Shown piece by piece: positions 1 to 9,465 of a DNA stretch of 64,000 bases. The stretch spans positions 1,056,001-1,120,000 of the forward strand of contig OY760937.1 of assembly GCA_963664225.1 (NCBI GenBank). The letters run 5' to 3'. Origin of the DNA: Verrucomicrobiia bacterium. GTDB lineage: Bacteria; Verrucomicrobiota; Verrucomicrobiia; Limisphaerales; UBA1319. Both the position numbers and the translations under genes were made by a program. Positions within the stretch are counted from its first letter, which is position 1. Every line of letters begins with the position of its first letter. The notes beneath the pieces were generated by a model that had not been told where the DNA came from, did not search any database, and worked only from the letters and a program-made list of their open reading frames with translations.

Positions 1-1437
1 ATGTCGTTCGGCGGCATGATGGCCTCGGGTGCCAACCGCCGGTCTTTCCGCTGGCTGACGGATCCCGACTTTGACACTCAAGTGAACTTCGAAAAGAAAA
101 CGCCGTGCCTGCTCGATGTGGGCCCTGACCTCGGCCCAGCGCAGGACATCGCGCCTGGCGCGGTGTTTGAGTCGTTCCACACCTGGGTGTTGCCGTATGA
201 CAGCTACGACCGCGAACGTTGCGGCCTGGCCATGCGGCGGATGTATCGCGTGATCGCACCGTGGGCCACGGAGAATCCGCTGATGATGCACGTGCGTTCC
301 GCCGATGGTCCCACGGTGACCAATGCCATCAACCAGTGCGCGGCAACCGGATTTGAGATGGTGATTCTAAGTTTCGGCAGTGGTTTCGACCTCGAGAACG
401 AAAGCCCGGAGACGCTGGCCACGGCGCGCCGTTATGCGGAATACGCGCATAGCAAAGGCATCGAGATCGGAAGTTACTCGCTGCTGGCTTCCCGACAGGT
501 GGGCGGCGGCAACGACGTTGTGATGCCGCCCGGCAAATCCCCGGTCTTTGACAATTCCCCATGCCTAGTCAGCGCATGGGGGACCAACTATTTTCGCAGG
601 CTTTACGAGTTTCATCTGGCGGGCGGATTCACTCTCTTGGAGCACGATGGTTCGTATCCCGGCGATCCCTGCCTGAGCCTCCAGCATCCGGGCCATCGCG
701 GCATGGACGATTCACGCTGGAATCAGTGGCGGGCCATCGCGGATTTCTACAAGTGGTGCCGTGCTCAGGGCATCTATCTGAACGTGCCAGACCATTATTT
801 TTTGACCGGTTCCAGCAAGACCGGCATGGGTTATCGGGAATCGAACTGGTCGTTGCCGCGCGAGCAGCAGGTCATTCACATGCGGCAGAATATCTTTGAC
901 GGCACCTGGGAGAAGACCCCCAGCATGGGCTGGATGTTTGTGCCGCTGACGGAATATCAAGGCGGCGGCGCGGCGGCAACCATTGAACCGCTGGAGGAAC
1001 ACCTCGATCACTATGAACGAATGATGATGGGCAACCTGGCACTCGGTGTGCAGGCCTGTTATCGCGGCCCGCGCCTCTACGACACCGACCGCACGAAGGC
1101 CATGGTCCAACGCTCGGTTGGCTGGTTCAAAGCCCACCGCGACATCCTCGAAAGCGATCTCATCCACGGTCGTCGCGCAGACGCCCGCGATCTCGATTGG
1201 ATGCTCCATGTAAATCCGCAGTTAAAGGAGAAAGGCCTGCTCGTTGTTTTCAATCCGCTGAATCAGCCGGTGCAAAAAACTTTGCGCGTGAAACTCTATT
1301 ACACCGGCCTGACGAAGGCAGCCCACGTGAGTTTGCAAGGCCAGAAAGCGAAGACCTTCAAGTTGAGTCGCGACTATACCATTGAACTACCCGTGCAAGT
1401 GCCCGCGCAAGGGATGACCTGGTGCGTGGTGGAATAG
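1..1437 (+). CDS. Glycoside hydrolase-like protein (alpha-galactosidase/GH36-like TIM barrel), probably 5'-truncated by the window edge
   Basis: 478-aa ORF starting at base 1. Segments SFGSGFDLE, EHDGSYPGD, GMGYRESNWSLPR and a C-terminal beta-sandwich resemble proteins usually annotated as alpha-galactosidase in Bacteroidota/PVC. Activity is not established. Confidence 0.55.
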   Translation: MSFGGMMASGANRRSFRWLTDPDFDTQVNFEKKTPCLLDVGPDLGPAQDIAPGAVFESFHTWVLPYDSYDRERCGLAMRRMYRVIAPWATENPLMMHVRSADGPTVTNAINQCAATGFEMVILSFGSGFDLENESPETLATARRYAEYAHSKGIEIGSYSLLASRQVGGGNDVVMPPGKSPVFDNSPCLVSAWGTNYFRRLYEFHLAGGFTLLEHDGSYPGDPCLSLQHPGHRGMDDSRWNQWRAIADFYKWCRAQGIYLNVPDHYFLTGSSKTGMGYRESNWSLPREQQVIHMRQNIFDGTWEKTPSMGWMFVPLTEYQGGGAAATIEPLEEHLDHYERMMMGNLALGVQACYRGPRLYDTDRTKAMVQRSVGWFKAHRDILESDLIHGRRADARDLDWMLHVNPQLKEKGLLVVFNPLNQPVQKTLRVKLYYTGLTKAAHVSLQGQKAKTFKLSRDYTIELPVQVPAQGMTWCVVE

Positions 1438-1446
1438 GGATAGGCC

Positions 1447-2004
1447 TTATTCCGTGCTCGATCGAATGGATTTGCCGTCCACCAGCAAATCCTTTAGAAA
1501 GGCTTTTCCATTTTTGCGGGCGACTACCACGGCTGTGAGTCTGCCTCTCGGATTTCCTTTTTCCTCATTCACATAAAAGCGGTTGATGCCGTAATCCACA
1601 TGGACTTTAGGATCGGAAAGTTTCACACTTTTGTTGTTGGTCCATTGAGTTTCTTCAATGTAAACCACTTTGGCCTGGAATAATTGATTGGTGGAGGAGG
1701 GCTCAAAACAATTGGTTGAACTGCGTGTCGGCGCCCAAATGGGACTGTTTTTTTCAGGTGAAAATTCCACAAAGACTTTTTGGCCGGCTGTGGGATGCCC
1801 GCCTTCGAATTGGGATAGATTCAGGATAGCCGCCGGATAAGAAAGCGCCACGTATTGGCCTTTAATTGGATCGCGAGGATCATACACGCCCGCGTCAATG
1901 GTGATGGGTTGTGCAGTGCGAAAAAGGCTTTCCTGTTGGACGACCATTCCAATCAAAATGAGGCATTGGAGGCAAAGCACCAGAATGAATACTTTGGTTT
2001 TCAT
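1447..2004 (-). CDS. GDYXXLXY-family membrane-anchored protein
   Basis: N-terminal TM helix, then YDPRDPIKGQYVALSY (variant of DPRDxxRGDYxxLxY) and VDYGINRFYVNEEKG. Lies downstream of a DUF2157-like gene, the usual partner. Confidence 0.8.
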   Translation of the reverse strand: MKTKVFILVLCLQCLILIGMVVQQESLFRTAQPITIDAGVYDPRDPIKGQYVALSYPAAILNLSQFEGGHPTAGQKVFVEFSPEKNSPIWAPTRSSTNCFEPSSTNQLFQAKVVYIEETQWTNNKSVKLSDPKVHVDYGINRFYVNEEKGNPRGRLTAVVVARKNGKAFLKDLLVDGKSIRSSTE

Positions 2005-2018
2005 GGTGGAAAATCAGG

Positions 2019-3149
2019 TTATGATTTCATTTGAATGAGCCTGGTGTAGCGATGCACGGCGTAACCCACGATGAGCAACACCGCCCCTGTGGATATGAAC
2101 AGAAGCCCCGTGGAAAGCAGATCCGCAAAAAGAGTGAAATACCGATGTATCACAACGATGCAAACCATGAGGAGCGATCCGCGCATGATAAACTTGGAAT
2201 TCATTCCCAGCCCCGCAGCCGCGCCCAGTAAAGAAATGATGAAGATGGCAGCTGATGCGGCCCATCCTAGCATTTCCCAATCATAGTGTTGTTTTGGGAA
2301 TGAAGATGCTACGCCAAACACGCCGAAAACCAGTCCCAAGCCGATGCCCCATAATCGCACAGAATTGGTTTGTTGTTTTTGGAGCAGTGTGACGATCACG
2401 AATGCTGCGGCGAGGAATATCTCTATCCCGGCAACCCACCCATTGAATTTGGACTCGCCCCAGCTTTCGCCAAAACAAAGGAATAGAAACCAGGCGTTTA
2501 GCAATCCCCAACCGACTTTCAGAGTTGGACCGCTGAAGGCCGCATAGGAACTATTTTCGATCCAATACTTTATGAGCATCCACACCAGACCGAGAGTGCT
2601 CAGAATTTGAAAATTCTGAGCCCATTCATAGTGGTGGAAAAAGCCATCAATGCAAAACGATTCCATGCAAGCCCAGATTGTGAATGCCGACATGAAAAGG
2701 GTGTACAGGGCATTGGAACGGAGAACCCACGGCAGTGGCGACAGGGCCAGCATCCATAACAGAAAGGCATCCGGCTCGCGGGAAGAAAGATTATAGACTT
2801 GGCCGATGATGGCGATGTTGCATAAAAACAGGCAGCCTGCGACGAAATGAAGAAAATCCCCAATAAAAGGATGTTTCCCAGTGGTGGAGCGCAGATGATA
2901 TCCCGCGCAATGAATGGCTACCATGGCGATCAAGCCGCTGGCGATGCGAACGAGGCCCGGGATTCTATCCCAATTATGCGCGACTACCAACGCCAGCCCT
3001 GAGGTGACCAATCCGACGGCAATCCATGTCAGGATGATGGGAAGCCTGGATTTCGATTCCTTGAGTAGATAGGCATCCAGAATTTTTGCTGCCTGCTCGG
3101 TGCTGATCAATCCGTCCTTTTCCAGTTGGCGAATGTCTGCGAAATTCAT
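2019..3149 (-). CDS. DUF2157-family polytopic membrane protein
   Basis: N-terminal LEKDGLISTEQAAKI and VAHNWDRIP, IAIIGQVYNL, followed by many TM helices. ATG at 3149 preferred over the TTG at 3185. Confidence 0.8.
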   Translation of the reverse strand: MNFADIRQLEKDGLISTEQAAKILDAYLLKESKSRLPIILTWIAVGLVTSGLALVVAHNWDRIPGLVRIASGLIAMVAIHCAGYHLRSTTGKHPFIGDFLHFVAGCLFLCNIAIIGQVYNLSSREPDAFLLWMLALSPLPWVLRSNALYTLFMSAFTIWACMESFCIDGFFHHYEWAQNFQILSTLGLVWMLIKYWIENSSYAAFSGPTLKVGWGLLNAWFLFLCFGESWGESKFNGWVAGIEIFLAAAFVIVTLLQKQQTNSVRLWGIGLGLVFGVFGVASSFPKQHYDWEMLGWAASAAIFIISLLGAAAGLGMNSKFIMRGSLLMVCIVVIHRYFTLFADLLSTGLLFISTGAVLLIVGYAVHRYTRLIQMKS

Positions 3150-3199
3150 TGAAAGATGATGAAATGTAATATCAGATAATGTCAATAAAAATAGGTGAA

Positions 3200-5929
3200 T
3201 TAATAATTCTTTATGCCAGAATCATTGGAACCTTGGGATGATTGGGGTGCGTGCTGGGCGCGCCTGGATAGCATCTCCTGAATGTTTGAGCGTTCGAACT
3301 CTTCCTGAGCACGTCGTTTTTCCAGGAAATGGCGGTATTTGGCGGTTTCCTCATCGGTCCATACGGCGGCCTCGGCGTAATCTCCGCAATAGGGGACGAG
3401 CAGATCGATCCAGCATTGGAATTTGTCGAGTTCCTCGCGGGTAAGTTCGACCTTGTAATGGTCTTTCTTGAGCAAGGGGATCAAATCGCTTGTGGCGGAG
3501 CCTGCACTGAATGGGGGCAGCAACGGCGGCGCGGATTGCGGGCTGATCCAGTTGACGAGGCGGTTGGTGACGCCCATGTAAGCACCGTCCTCATTGCTTT
3601 GACGCGAGCGGCGGGAGTGGGTCAGAGCCAGATAGGCATCGCTCCAGGCGCGCTTGGCCACCGGATCAATGTTGGTTTCGCCGAGCAGGCTGAACACCTT
3701 GGGTTGGCCAGCGGCGTTCTTTCCTGGCGTCGGATTTCTTGAACGCCGCCCGGTCATTTGTTGCATGGCCTCGCGGTCGTTGTGGCAGGATACGCATTTG
3801 CGATCGAGGATCGGCTGGATTTCCTTTGCAAAACTGAAACCGCGCGTGGGACCGTAAAAAGGTTCCAGGGTTTGGGGTGGTTGCGCCAGGGCCAGCGGCA
3901 GGCCGCGTGTGGGCGGTGGCGCGGAGTTTTTGTTCTCATGGCAACCCACACAGGAGGCCTGTTCACCGGGCTGAAGAGTGTTCCAACTGCGCATGGTTTG
4001 GACCACCCGGCCCTGGGCATCGAGCGCCTGAAAATAATGCGGCATGCGCGCGGGAACGTAAAAGCTGGCCGAACCGTCCTCAAAAACGCGGGCATCGCCC
4101 AGCACGACTTTCACATCCCAGCAGGCATTACCAACCGCGATGGGCGTGCTCACCATGGCACCTCCGGCCTCGCCGCCATTGGAATTATTGCCGACGCCCG
4201 CCGGACGATATTCGAGGGCCACCACGCGCAATTTTTTAATCGAGCCTCTCGAAACTCCCTTAAGGCCGGGGCCGGCGTAGATATCCTGCACGTAACAGAT
4301 GCCCTTATCCTGGCGGTAATCCACTGTGGTGGGGCGCAAGGCGGGACGTTGACGCGGCATCACCGGGACTGGTTGGCAGCAGGGCAGCGTGGCGTCGGAC
4401 GTAAGCAGTTCACGCCGACCGTCCACGTTCATATAATAAACACTGAAGTGAGCGATTGTCTGGCCACGGTTGTCCTTCTCCCATCCCTTGGGGGCGTAAG
4501 TGACGATGAATTCGCGCTCGTTCAGAGGGTAGGGATATTGGAATAATTCACCGTCCTGTCCGTATTGGTCCACATGCACAGCCGGAGTCTCGCGCGGTGG
4601 TGCAATCAGTTTCGCGCCGCTGTTTTCCTGACGACCCACGGAGGGATCGAGCAAACCGAGCTTTCCGGCCTGCGGTGTGTGATGTCCCATGAAAATGGCG
4701 ACGGCCTTGGTGGTGCCTGGAATGGCGCGTGCATGACCGATGGTGGTGGGGAACCACGAATTGTTTCCGTAGAATTCGCTCTGACCGGTGCCGTCGAAGT
4801 TCATCTGGAACAAGCCCTGCGGAAAGATCTGGCCCCGGTCGTTGTAATCCCATCGGGTGTAGAGAATGCGTCCGTCGGCCGTCACGGTAGGGTAGAGGGT
4901 ATGCACCTGGTCGAAGCCTAGGCGCCGCAGGTATTTTCCATTGGCATCGCAGGTGTAGAGATTGCTCACCTCGGTCCACCAGCAATCGACCGTTTGAACG
5001 CATCGGGTGGAGGTGAAAACAATATCGTCGTTGGGCAGGTAACATCCTTCGTAATCGGCGAATCCAAGGCCTGAGGTGATTTGGCGTACCTTGCTGGTCT
5101 CAAGGTTCATTTCGTAGAGATGGTAATCGTCCTCGTTGAGCGATTTCTTCCATGAAAAAAGAACCCGTTTGGCGTCGTAGGAAATGGCGGGATCGCGAAT
5201 GGCTCCATTGGGATCGCTGAGGAGCGTGCGTGTGCGGGCGCGCAAACCGTCGATTTCCAGGAGGCAAATCTGGGAGTCGGGTAGAAAATGGCGCTCGTTT
5301 TGGGCGTCCGATTGGCCCTCGGTGTAGGCGAAAAACGAAGGCATCACCGTATGATGCTTTAGGAAAACCATTTTTGGTGCCTGGGCCAGGACGGTTTTTA
5401 AGCGCGCACCACGTCGGCTTTCGCAGAGCCTGGCGTAGAATTCCAGCCACTGGGAGCGGTTGGATGGATTGGCCTGTTTACTGAGTTGCGACCACTCGGA
5501 ACGCAATGTTGGAGCGTTGTTCGTGATTTCTCCCAGAACGCGTTCGATCATCTGGCGTTCAATGCCAAGGTCCTGTGTAAGTCCGGCAAACCAGGATGCA
5601 AAATTCAATCCATTATCCTGGTCAACCCAATCCCACTCCACCGGAAAATCATACTCCATTTGCGTCCAAATCCGCCCCGCCTCGGCAATCTTATTCTCTG
5701 CCGTTCCCTGGGTCGCGCATAAGGCCTCACGCGTGGCAATCATGGTGGCGGCCCAGGAATCCTTGCGGATGTAAGCGTTGCTTGCAGGATTGGCCGCAGC
5801 TTGCAATGCGCAGAGCCCAGTGCCGAAGATCAGCATGGCCACTGCTGCAACGAAAACGATCCGGTAAGTGCCAAGCCAGCCAGTTTTTTGGGCAAACACA
5901 ATTCTCATGAGTATTCTCGTTTTTAGCAA
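3200..5929 (-). CDS. Exported HZS-alpha-like protein (beta-propeller + hydrazine synthase alpha middle-domain-like region, two CxxCH motifs)
   Basis: Signal-like N-terminus; TolB-like propeller repeats (DPAISYDAKRVLFS, DYEGCYLPNDDIVFTSTR, YTRWDYNDR); DGSASFYVPA..YFQALD..GRVVQTMRSW; SCVGCHE and KCVSCH. The start may be the ATG at 5908. Confidence 0.7.
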   Translation of the reverse strand: MLKTRILMRIVFAQKTGWLGTYRIVFVAAVAMLIFGTGLCALQAAANPASNAYIRKDSWAATMIATREALCATQGTAENKIAEAGRIWTQMEYDFPVEWDWVDQDNGLNFASWFAGLTQDLGIERQMIERVLGEITNNAPTLRSEWSQLSKQANPSNRSQWLEFYARLCESRRGARLKTVLAQAPKMVFLKHHTVMPSFFAYTEGQSDAQNERHFLPDSQICLLEIDGLRARTRTLLSDPNGAIRDPAISYDAKRVLFSWKKSLNEDDYHLYEMNLETSKVRQITSGLGFADYEGCYLPNDDIVFTSTRCVQTVDCWWTEVSNLYTCDANGKYLRRLGFDQVHTLYPTVTADGRILYTRWDYNDRGQIFPQGLFQMNFDGTGQSEFYGNNSWFPTTIGHARAIPGTTKAVAIFMGHHTPQAGKLGLLDPSVGRQENSGAKLIAPPRETPAVHVDQYGQDGELFQYPYPLNEREFIVTYAPKGWEKDNRGQTIAHFSVYYMNVDGRRELLTSDATLPCCQPVPVMPRQRPALRPTTVDYRQDKGICYVQDIYAGPGLKGVSRGSIKKLRVVALEYRPAGVGNNSNGGEAGGAMVSTPIAVGNACWDVKVVLGDARVFEDGSASFYVPARMPHYFQALDAQGRVVQTMRSWNTLQPGEQASCVGCHENKNSAPPPTRGLPLALAQPPQTLEPFYGPTRGFSFAKEIQPILDRKCVSCHNDREAMQQMTGRRSRNPTPGKNAAGQPKVFSLLGETNIDPVAKRAWSDAYLALTHSRRSRQSNEDGAYMGVTNRLVNWISPQSAPPLLPPFSAGSATSDLIPLLKKDHYKVELTREELDKFQCWIDLLVPYCGDYAEAAVWTDEETAKYRHFLEKRRAQEEFERSNIQEMLSRRAQHAPQSSQGSNDSGIKNY

Positions 5930-6104
5930 ATGATGAGGGTGAATGCAACGCCCGGACTCTCAGAAAAACAGGAAAGAACTTCCAATGGTGGAGTTCGATT
6001 CTCGCTTCGCTCAAAGATTGCGTTTGGGTTTCGTTTGCGTCTCGGTTCCAATTTCCCTTTTCTTGGCAAAGCCCAGACTCTAAGGTGTCTGGAAGTAATC
6101 GGGA

Positions 6105-7247
6105 TTGATCATGGAACCGGTCTTAAAACTTCTGCGGGAATTGGTTGCGCTGCCCAGCGTCAATCCGGCCTTTTTGCCGCCCGGAGACATCCATACTGGC
6201 GAGCGCCGGGTGGCGGATTTTCTTGCGGCCCAAGCGGGTGTGTTGGGTCTGGACGTCGATTTTCAGGAGGTTTTACCCGGCAGGTCCAATCTTTGGGTGC
6301 GGCTTGAACCGCAGGGGCCGGTGCGGCGCAGGGTGGTTCTGGCGGCGCACATGGATACAGTGGGTGGGCTGGAGATGCTGGGCTCGCTTTTCACACCCCG
6401 GATGGCCAAAGGGCGGCTGTATGGTCGCGGCGCCTGCGACACCAAGGGCAGCGTGGCGGCGTATTTCACCGCGCTGGCGCAGGTGGCGGGTGGTTCCCAT
6501 CGACCTCAAAACACCGAGATTCTCTTTATCGGACTCATTGATGAGGAGAATGACCAGGCCGGATCGCGCGCCGTGGTGAAGCGAAAACTGAAGGCGGACC
6601 TGGCCATCGTTGGCGAACCGACCTTGCTGAAAGTGGTGACCGCACATAAAGGGGACCTCTGGCTGCGGCTGGAAACCCAGGGTCGCGCAGCGCACGGCGC
6701 CACGCCCGAGTTGGGGCGCAACGCAGTCCACGAAATGGCGCGGATAGTGGATTTTCTGGAGACAGGCTATCGGAAACAGTTGGAACGGCGCAGCCATCCT
6801 TTGCTTGGTAAACCCACCGTCAATGTCGGCGGAATCAAGGGCGGTGTGCAGCCCAATGTGGTTCCCGCGCAATGCTCGGCTTGGGTGGATCGCCGCACCT
6901 TGCCCGGTGAGACGGAGCGGGGCATCATTCGGGAATTGCGTGACGCATTGAAAGGGCAGGGCTTGAAAGCGGAGATTGCCAGCACAAAGAACGGGCCCTG
7001 TCCGTCGTTGGAAACTGATTTTCAAAATCCATTGGTTCGTGATTTGTTCAAAGCTGCGGGCCAGACGAAGCCCGAAGGAGTGCGCTATTTTTGCGACGCC
7101 GCCATTCTGGCCGGGGGCGGCACGCCGAGCGTTGTTTTCGGGCCTGGGGATATTGCGCAGGCGCACACGTCCGACGAATGGATATCGATCGCTTCCCTCA
7201 ATAAATCCGTGCAAGTGTTGACGCGATTTCTGGAGTCCCAGCCATGA
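6105..7247 (+). CDS. M20 family metallopeptidase (ArgE/DapE-like deacylase)
   Basis: AHMDTV, LYGRGACDTKG, DEE, GEPT, GRAAHG, FGPGDIAQAHTSDEW motifs. Confidence 0.9.
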   Translation: MIMEPVLKLLRELVALPSVNPAFLPPGDIHTGERRVADFLAAQAGVLGLDVDFQEVLPGRSNLWVRLEPQGPVRRRVVLAAHMDTVGGLEMLGSLFTPRMAKGRLYGRGACDTKGSVAAYFTALAQVAGGSHRPQNTEILFIGLIDEENDQAGSRAVVKRKLKADLAIVGEPTLLKVVTAHKGDLWLRLETQGRAAHGATPELGRNAVHEMARIVDFLETGYRKQLERRSHPLLGKPTVNVGGIKGGVQPNVVPAQCSAWVDRRTLPGETERGIIRELRDALKGQGLKAEIASTKNGPCPSLETDFQNPLVRDLFKAAGQTKPEGVRYFCDAAILAGGGTPSVVFGPGDIAQAHTSDEWISIASLNKSVQVLTRFLESQP

Positions 7248-8197
7248 ACGCGCCTCTGCCGCTGGTCACCATCATCATTCCCACCAAACCGGATTTGCGG
7301 GAAATTCAGGCGGTTGGTGCCGCGCTGAAATTGGATTATCCCAAGGACCTGCTGGAGATCATTGTGGCGCGTGGAACACAGCCGGCGGTGCAGCGGAATA
7401 AGGCTTTGCGCGAGGCGCGTGGGGAACTCGTCTATTTCCTGGATGACGACAGCATTCCAGAGCCTGGCAATTTGCGACGGGTGACGAACTGGTTCGATCA
7501 GCCCGAGGTTCAAATTGTGGGGGGGCCCAATTTGTGCCCGCCGAATGCTCCCAAGTTGGAGCAAGCCTTTGGGTTGGTGATGGGTGCCTTGCTCGCGTTC
7601 GGACCCAGCCGCGCGCGTTATAGCCCTGTGGGAAAAGCGCGTCCGTCCAGCGAGAAGGAACTGATTTTGTGCAACATGATTGCCCGTCGTGAACCGCTAT
7701 TGAAGCTGGGCGGTTTTGATGAGGCGCTTTATCCCAACGAAGAAAACGCCTTGATGGACGAGCTCCAAAAGCAGGGCGGGCAGATGATCTACGACCCGGA
7801 ATTCCGGATTGAACGAAGGCCGCGCAAGACGCTCAAGGCGTTCATGAAAATGCTGATGACCTACGGACGCGGTCGCGCGGAACAGTTTCGCCTGCATCCG
7901 ACACCCGGTTCGGCGTTGAACCTGGTGCCGCCCCTGTTTTGCCTGTATTTGCCCATGGCCCTGATTTTTCGCGGATTGTGGCTGTGGCCGCTGGCGTTTT
8001 ACGCCCTGGCAGTTCTGGCCCAAACAGCGGCGTTGCGGACGCCCTCGGGCCGCAGGATGGCGCGTGTGGCGCCTTTGATTGTGCTCACTCATCTGCTCTA
8101 TGGCGCGGGATTTTGGAAGGGATTATTCACCCGGTTGACTCCGCCAACAGTGGAGCGAGCCAATGCGGTTACTTTGGAGCGCGTGCCTGTATTATGA
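7244..8197 (+). CDS. GT2 family glycosyltransferase with C-terminal TM helices
   Basis: LVTIIIPT, QRNKALREARGELVYFLDDD (DxD), GGFDE, hydrophobic C-terminus. ATGA overlap with the upstream gene. Confidence 0.85.
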   Translation: MNAPLPLVTIIIPTKPDLREIQAVGAALKLDYPKDLLEIIVARGTQPAVQRNKALREARGELVYFLDDDSIPEPGNLRRVTNWFDQPEVQIVGGPNLCPPNAPKLEQAFGLVMGALLAFGPSRARYSPVGKARPSSEKELILCNMIARREPLLKLGGFDEALYPNEENALMDELQKQGGQMIYDPEFRIERRPRKTLKAFMKMLMTYGRGRAEQFRLHPTPGSALNLVPPLFCLYLPMALIFRGLWLWPLAFYALAVLAQTAALRTPSGRRMARVAPLIVLTHLLYGAGFWKGLFTRLTPPTVERANAVTLERVPVL

Positions 8198-9465
8198 GCG
8201 GAACGTCGAGCAAAGCCTCATTTTTCAAACAGGGCGGGTGGATGGTGGTGGCGACTGTCGGCGGCGGCGTTTTCATGTCAGCGGTGCATCCGTTGGTGTC
8301 GAAAATGCCGCCCGATGAATACGCAATATTCTACTCGCTGCTAAGGGTGTTTTTGCTGTTGGGGATTCCCGCGGGTGGCCTGCAAACCATCTTTGCGCAA
8401 CAGACGGCGGCGTCATTGGAGGACCGCCAGGCCCGTCAACTTACGGGAGCCACGCGCGCGGTGTTGCGCGCGTCATTCCTGATATGGCTGGTTCTGTCCT
8501 CGTTTATTCTGATGGCCAAAAGCAGCATTATGGACGCCTTGCAGATTACCCATTTCGCCGCCCTGGGTTTTACAGTCCTCCTTGGTCTGCCCTCGTTGTG
8601 GATGCCGGTGTTCAAGGGGTTGTTGCAGGGGCGGCAAAACTTTGCTGGCTTGGGATGGGTGTTGATGCTTGATGGCATGTGCCGCTTTGCCAGTATCGCC
8701 GTGCTGGTGGTCATTCTCCATGGGCAATCGGGCAGCGCCATGGCCGGGGCGTTTCTTGGACAGGTGGTTGCCATCATCGTGGGCTTGTGGCTGACGCGGG
8801 ATGTGTGGCGTGGTCCATGCGAACCTTGCGAATGGCGGCCCTGGTTTCGCAAGGTGATCCCTTTGACGTTGGGAACCGCCGCGTTGCTATTCATGTCCAA
8901 TGCGGATGTCCTGTTCGTTCAAAATGCCATTCGCAATGAAACGGCACTCTACAGCGCCGGTGCGATGATCGGATTTGCGCTGGCACAATTCATCCTTCCG
9001 CTGGCGACGGTCATGTTTCCCAAAATTGTCCACAGTGCCGCGCGCGCTGAAAAGTCGGATGCGCTGGCCATGACCTTGAAAAGCACGGCGTTGTTGGGAG
9101 GGTTGGCGGCACTGGCATCCACCTTGCTCCCCGAATTGCCGTTGCGGATTCTGTATTTTCGCAATCCGGCGTATTTTGTTACAGCGGCGCCATTGGTGCC
9201 GTGGTTTGCATGGGGGATATTGATTTTAAGCATGGCTTATGTGCTCGTGACCAACCTTCTGGCCCGGGAAAAGTTCGCGATTGTTCCCTGGCTGGTGGTG
9301 ATCGCCCTGGCCTATGGGGCGACCTTATATGGCGTTCGCGGATCGCTCGTTCACATGGAACCGCTGATCGCCTTCCGTCGGGTGATTCAGATTCTCTCGG
9401 TTTACAGTGCTGTGATTCTGCTGGTCTCGATGCGGTTCACATGGCCCCGAAAACAGGAGCCCTGA
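8194..9465 (+). CDS. Wzx/MOP-type polysaccharide flippase-like membrane protein
   Basis: About 12 hydrophobic helices; MSNADVLFV, ALYSAGAMIG, VMFPKIV patterns. ATG at 8194 overlaps the GT2 stop (ATGA). Confidence 0.75.
   Translation: MSGTSSKASFFKQGGWMVVATVGGGVFMSAVHPLVSKMPPDEYAIFYSLLRVFLLLGIPAGGLQTIFAQQTAASLEDRQARQLTGATRAVLRASFLIWLVLSSFILMAKSSIMDALQITHFAALGFTVLLGLPSLWMPVFKGLLQGRQNFAGLGWVLMLDGMCRFASIAVLVVILHGQSGSAMAGAFLGQVVAIIVGLWLTRDVWRGPCEPCEWRPWFRKVIPLTLGTAALLFMSNADVLFVQNAIRNETALYSAGAMIGFALAQFILPLATVMFPKIVHSAARAEKSDALAMTLKSTALLGGLAALASTLLPELPLRILYFRNPAYFVTAAPLVPWFAWGILILSMAYVLVTNLLAREKFAIVPWLVVIALAYGATLYGVRGSLVHMEPLIAFRRVIQILSVYSAVILLVSMRFTWPRKQEP

Noticed and set aside
3200..5929. Anammox hydrazine synthase
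   Set aside because: Only an alpha-like subunit is present; there are no beta/gamma subunits or other anammox genes, and the context is heterotrophic.
7939..8193. N-terminal extension of the flippase ORF given in the ORF track
   Set aside because: It overlaps the GT2 gene by more than 250 bp; the ATG at 8194 gives a normal ATGA coupling.
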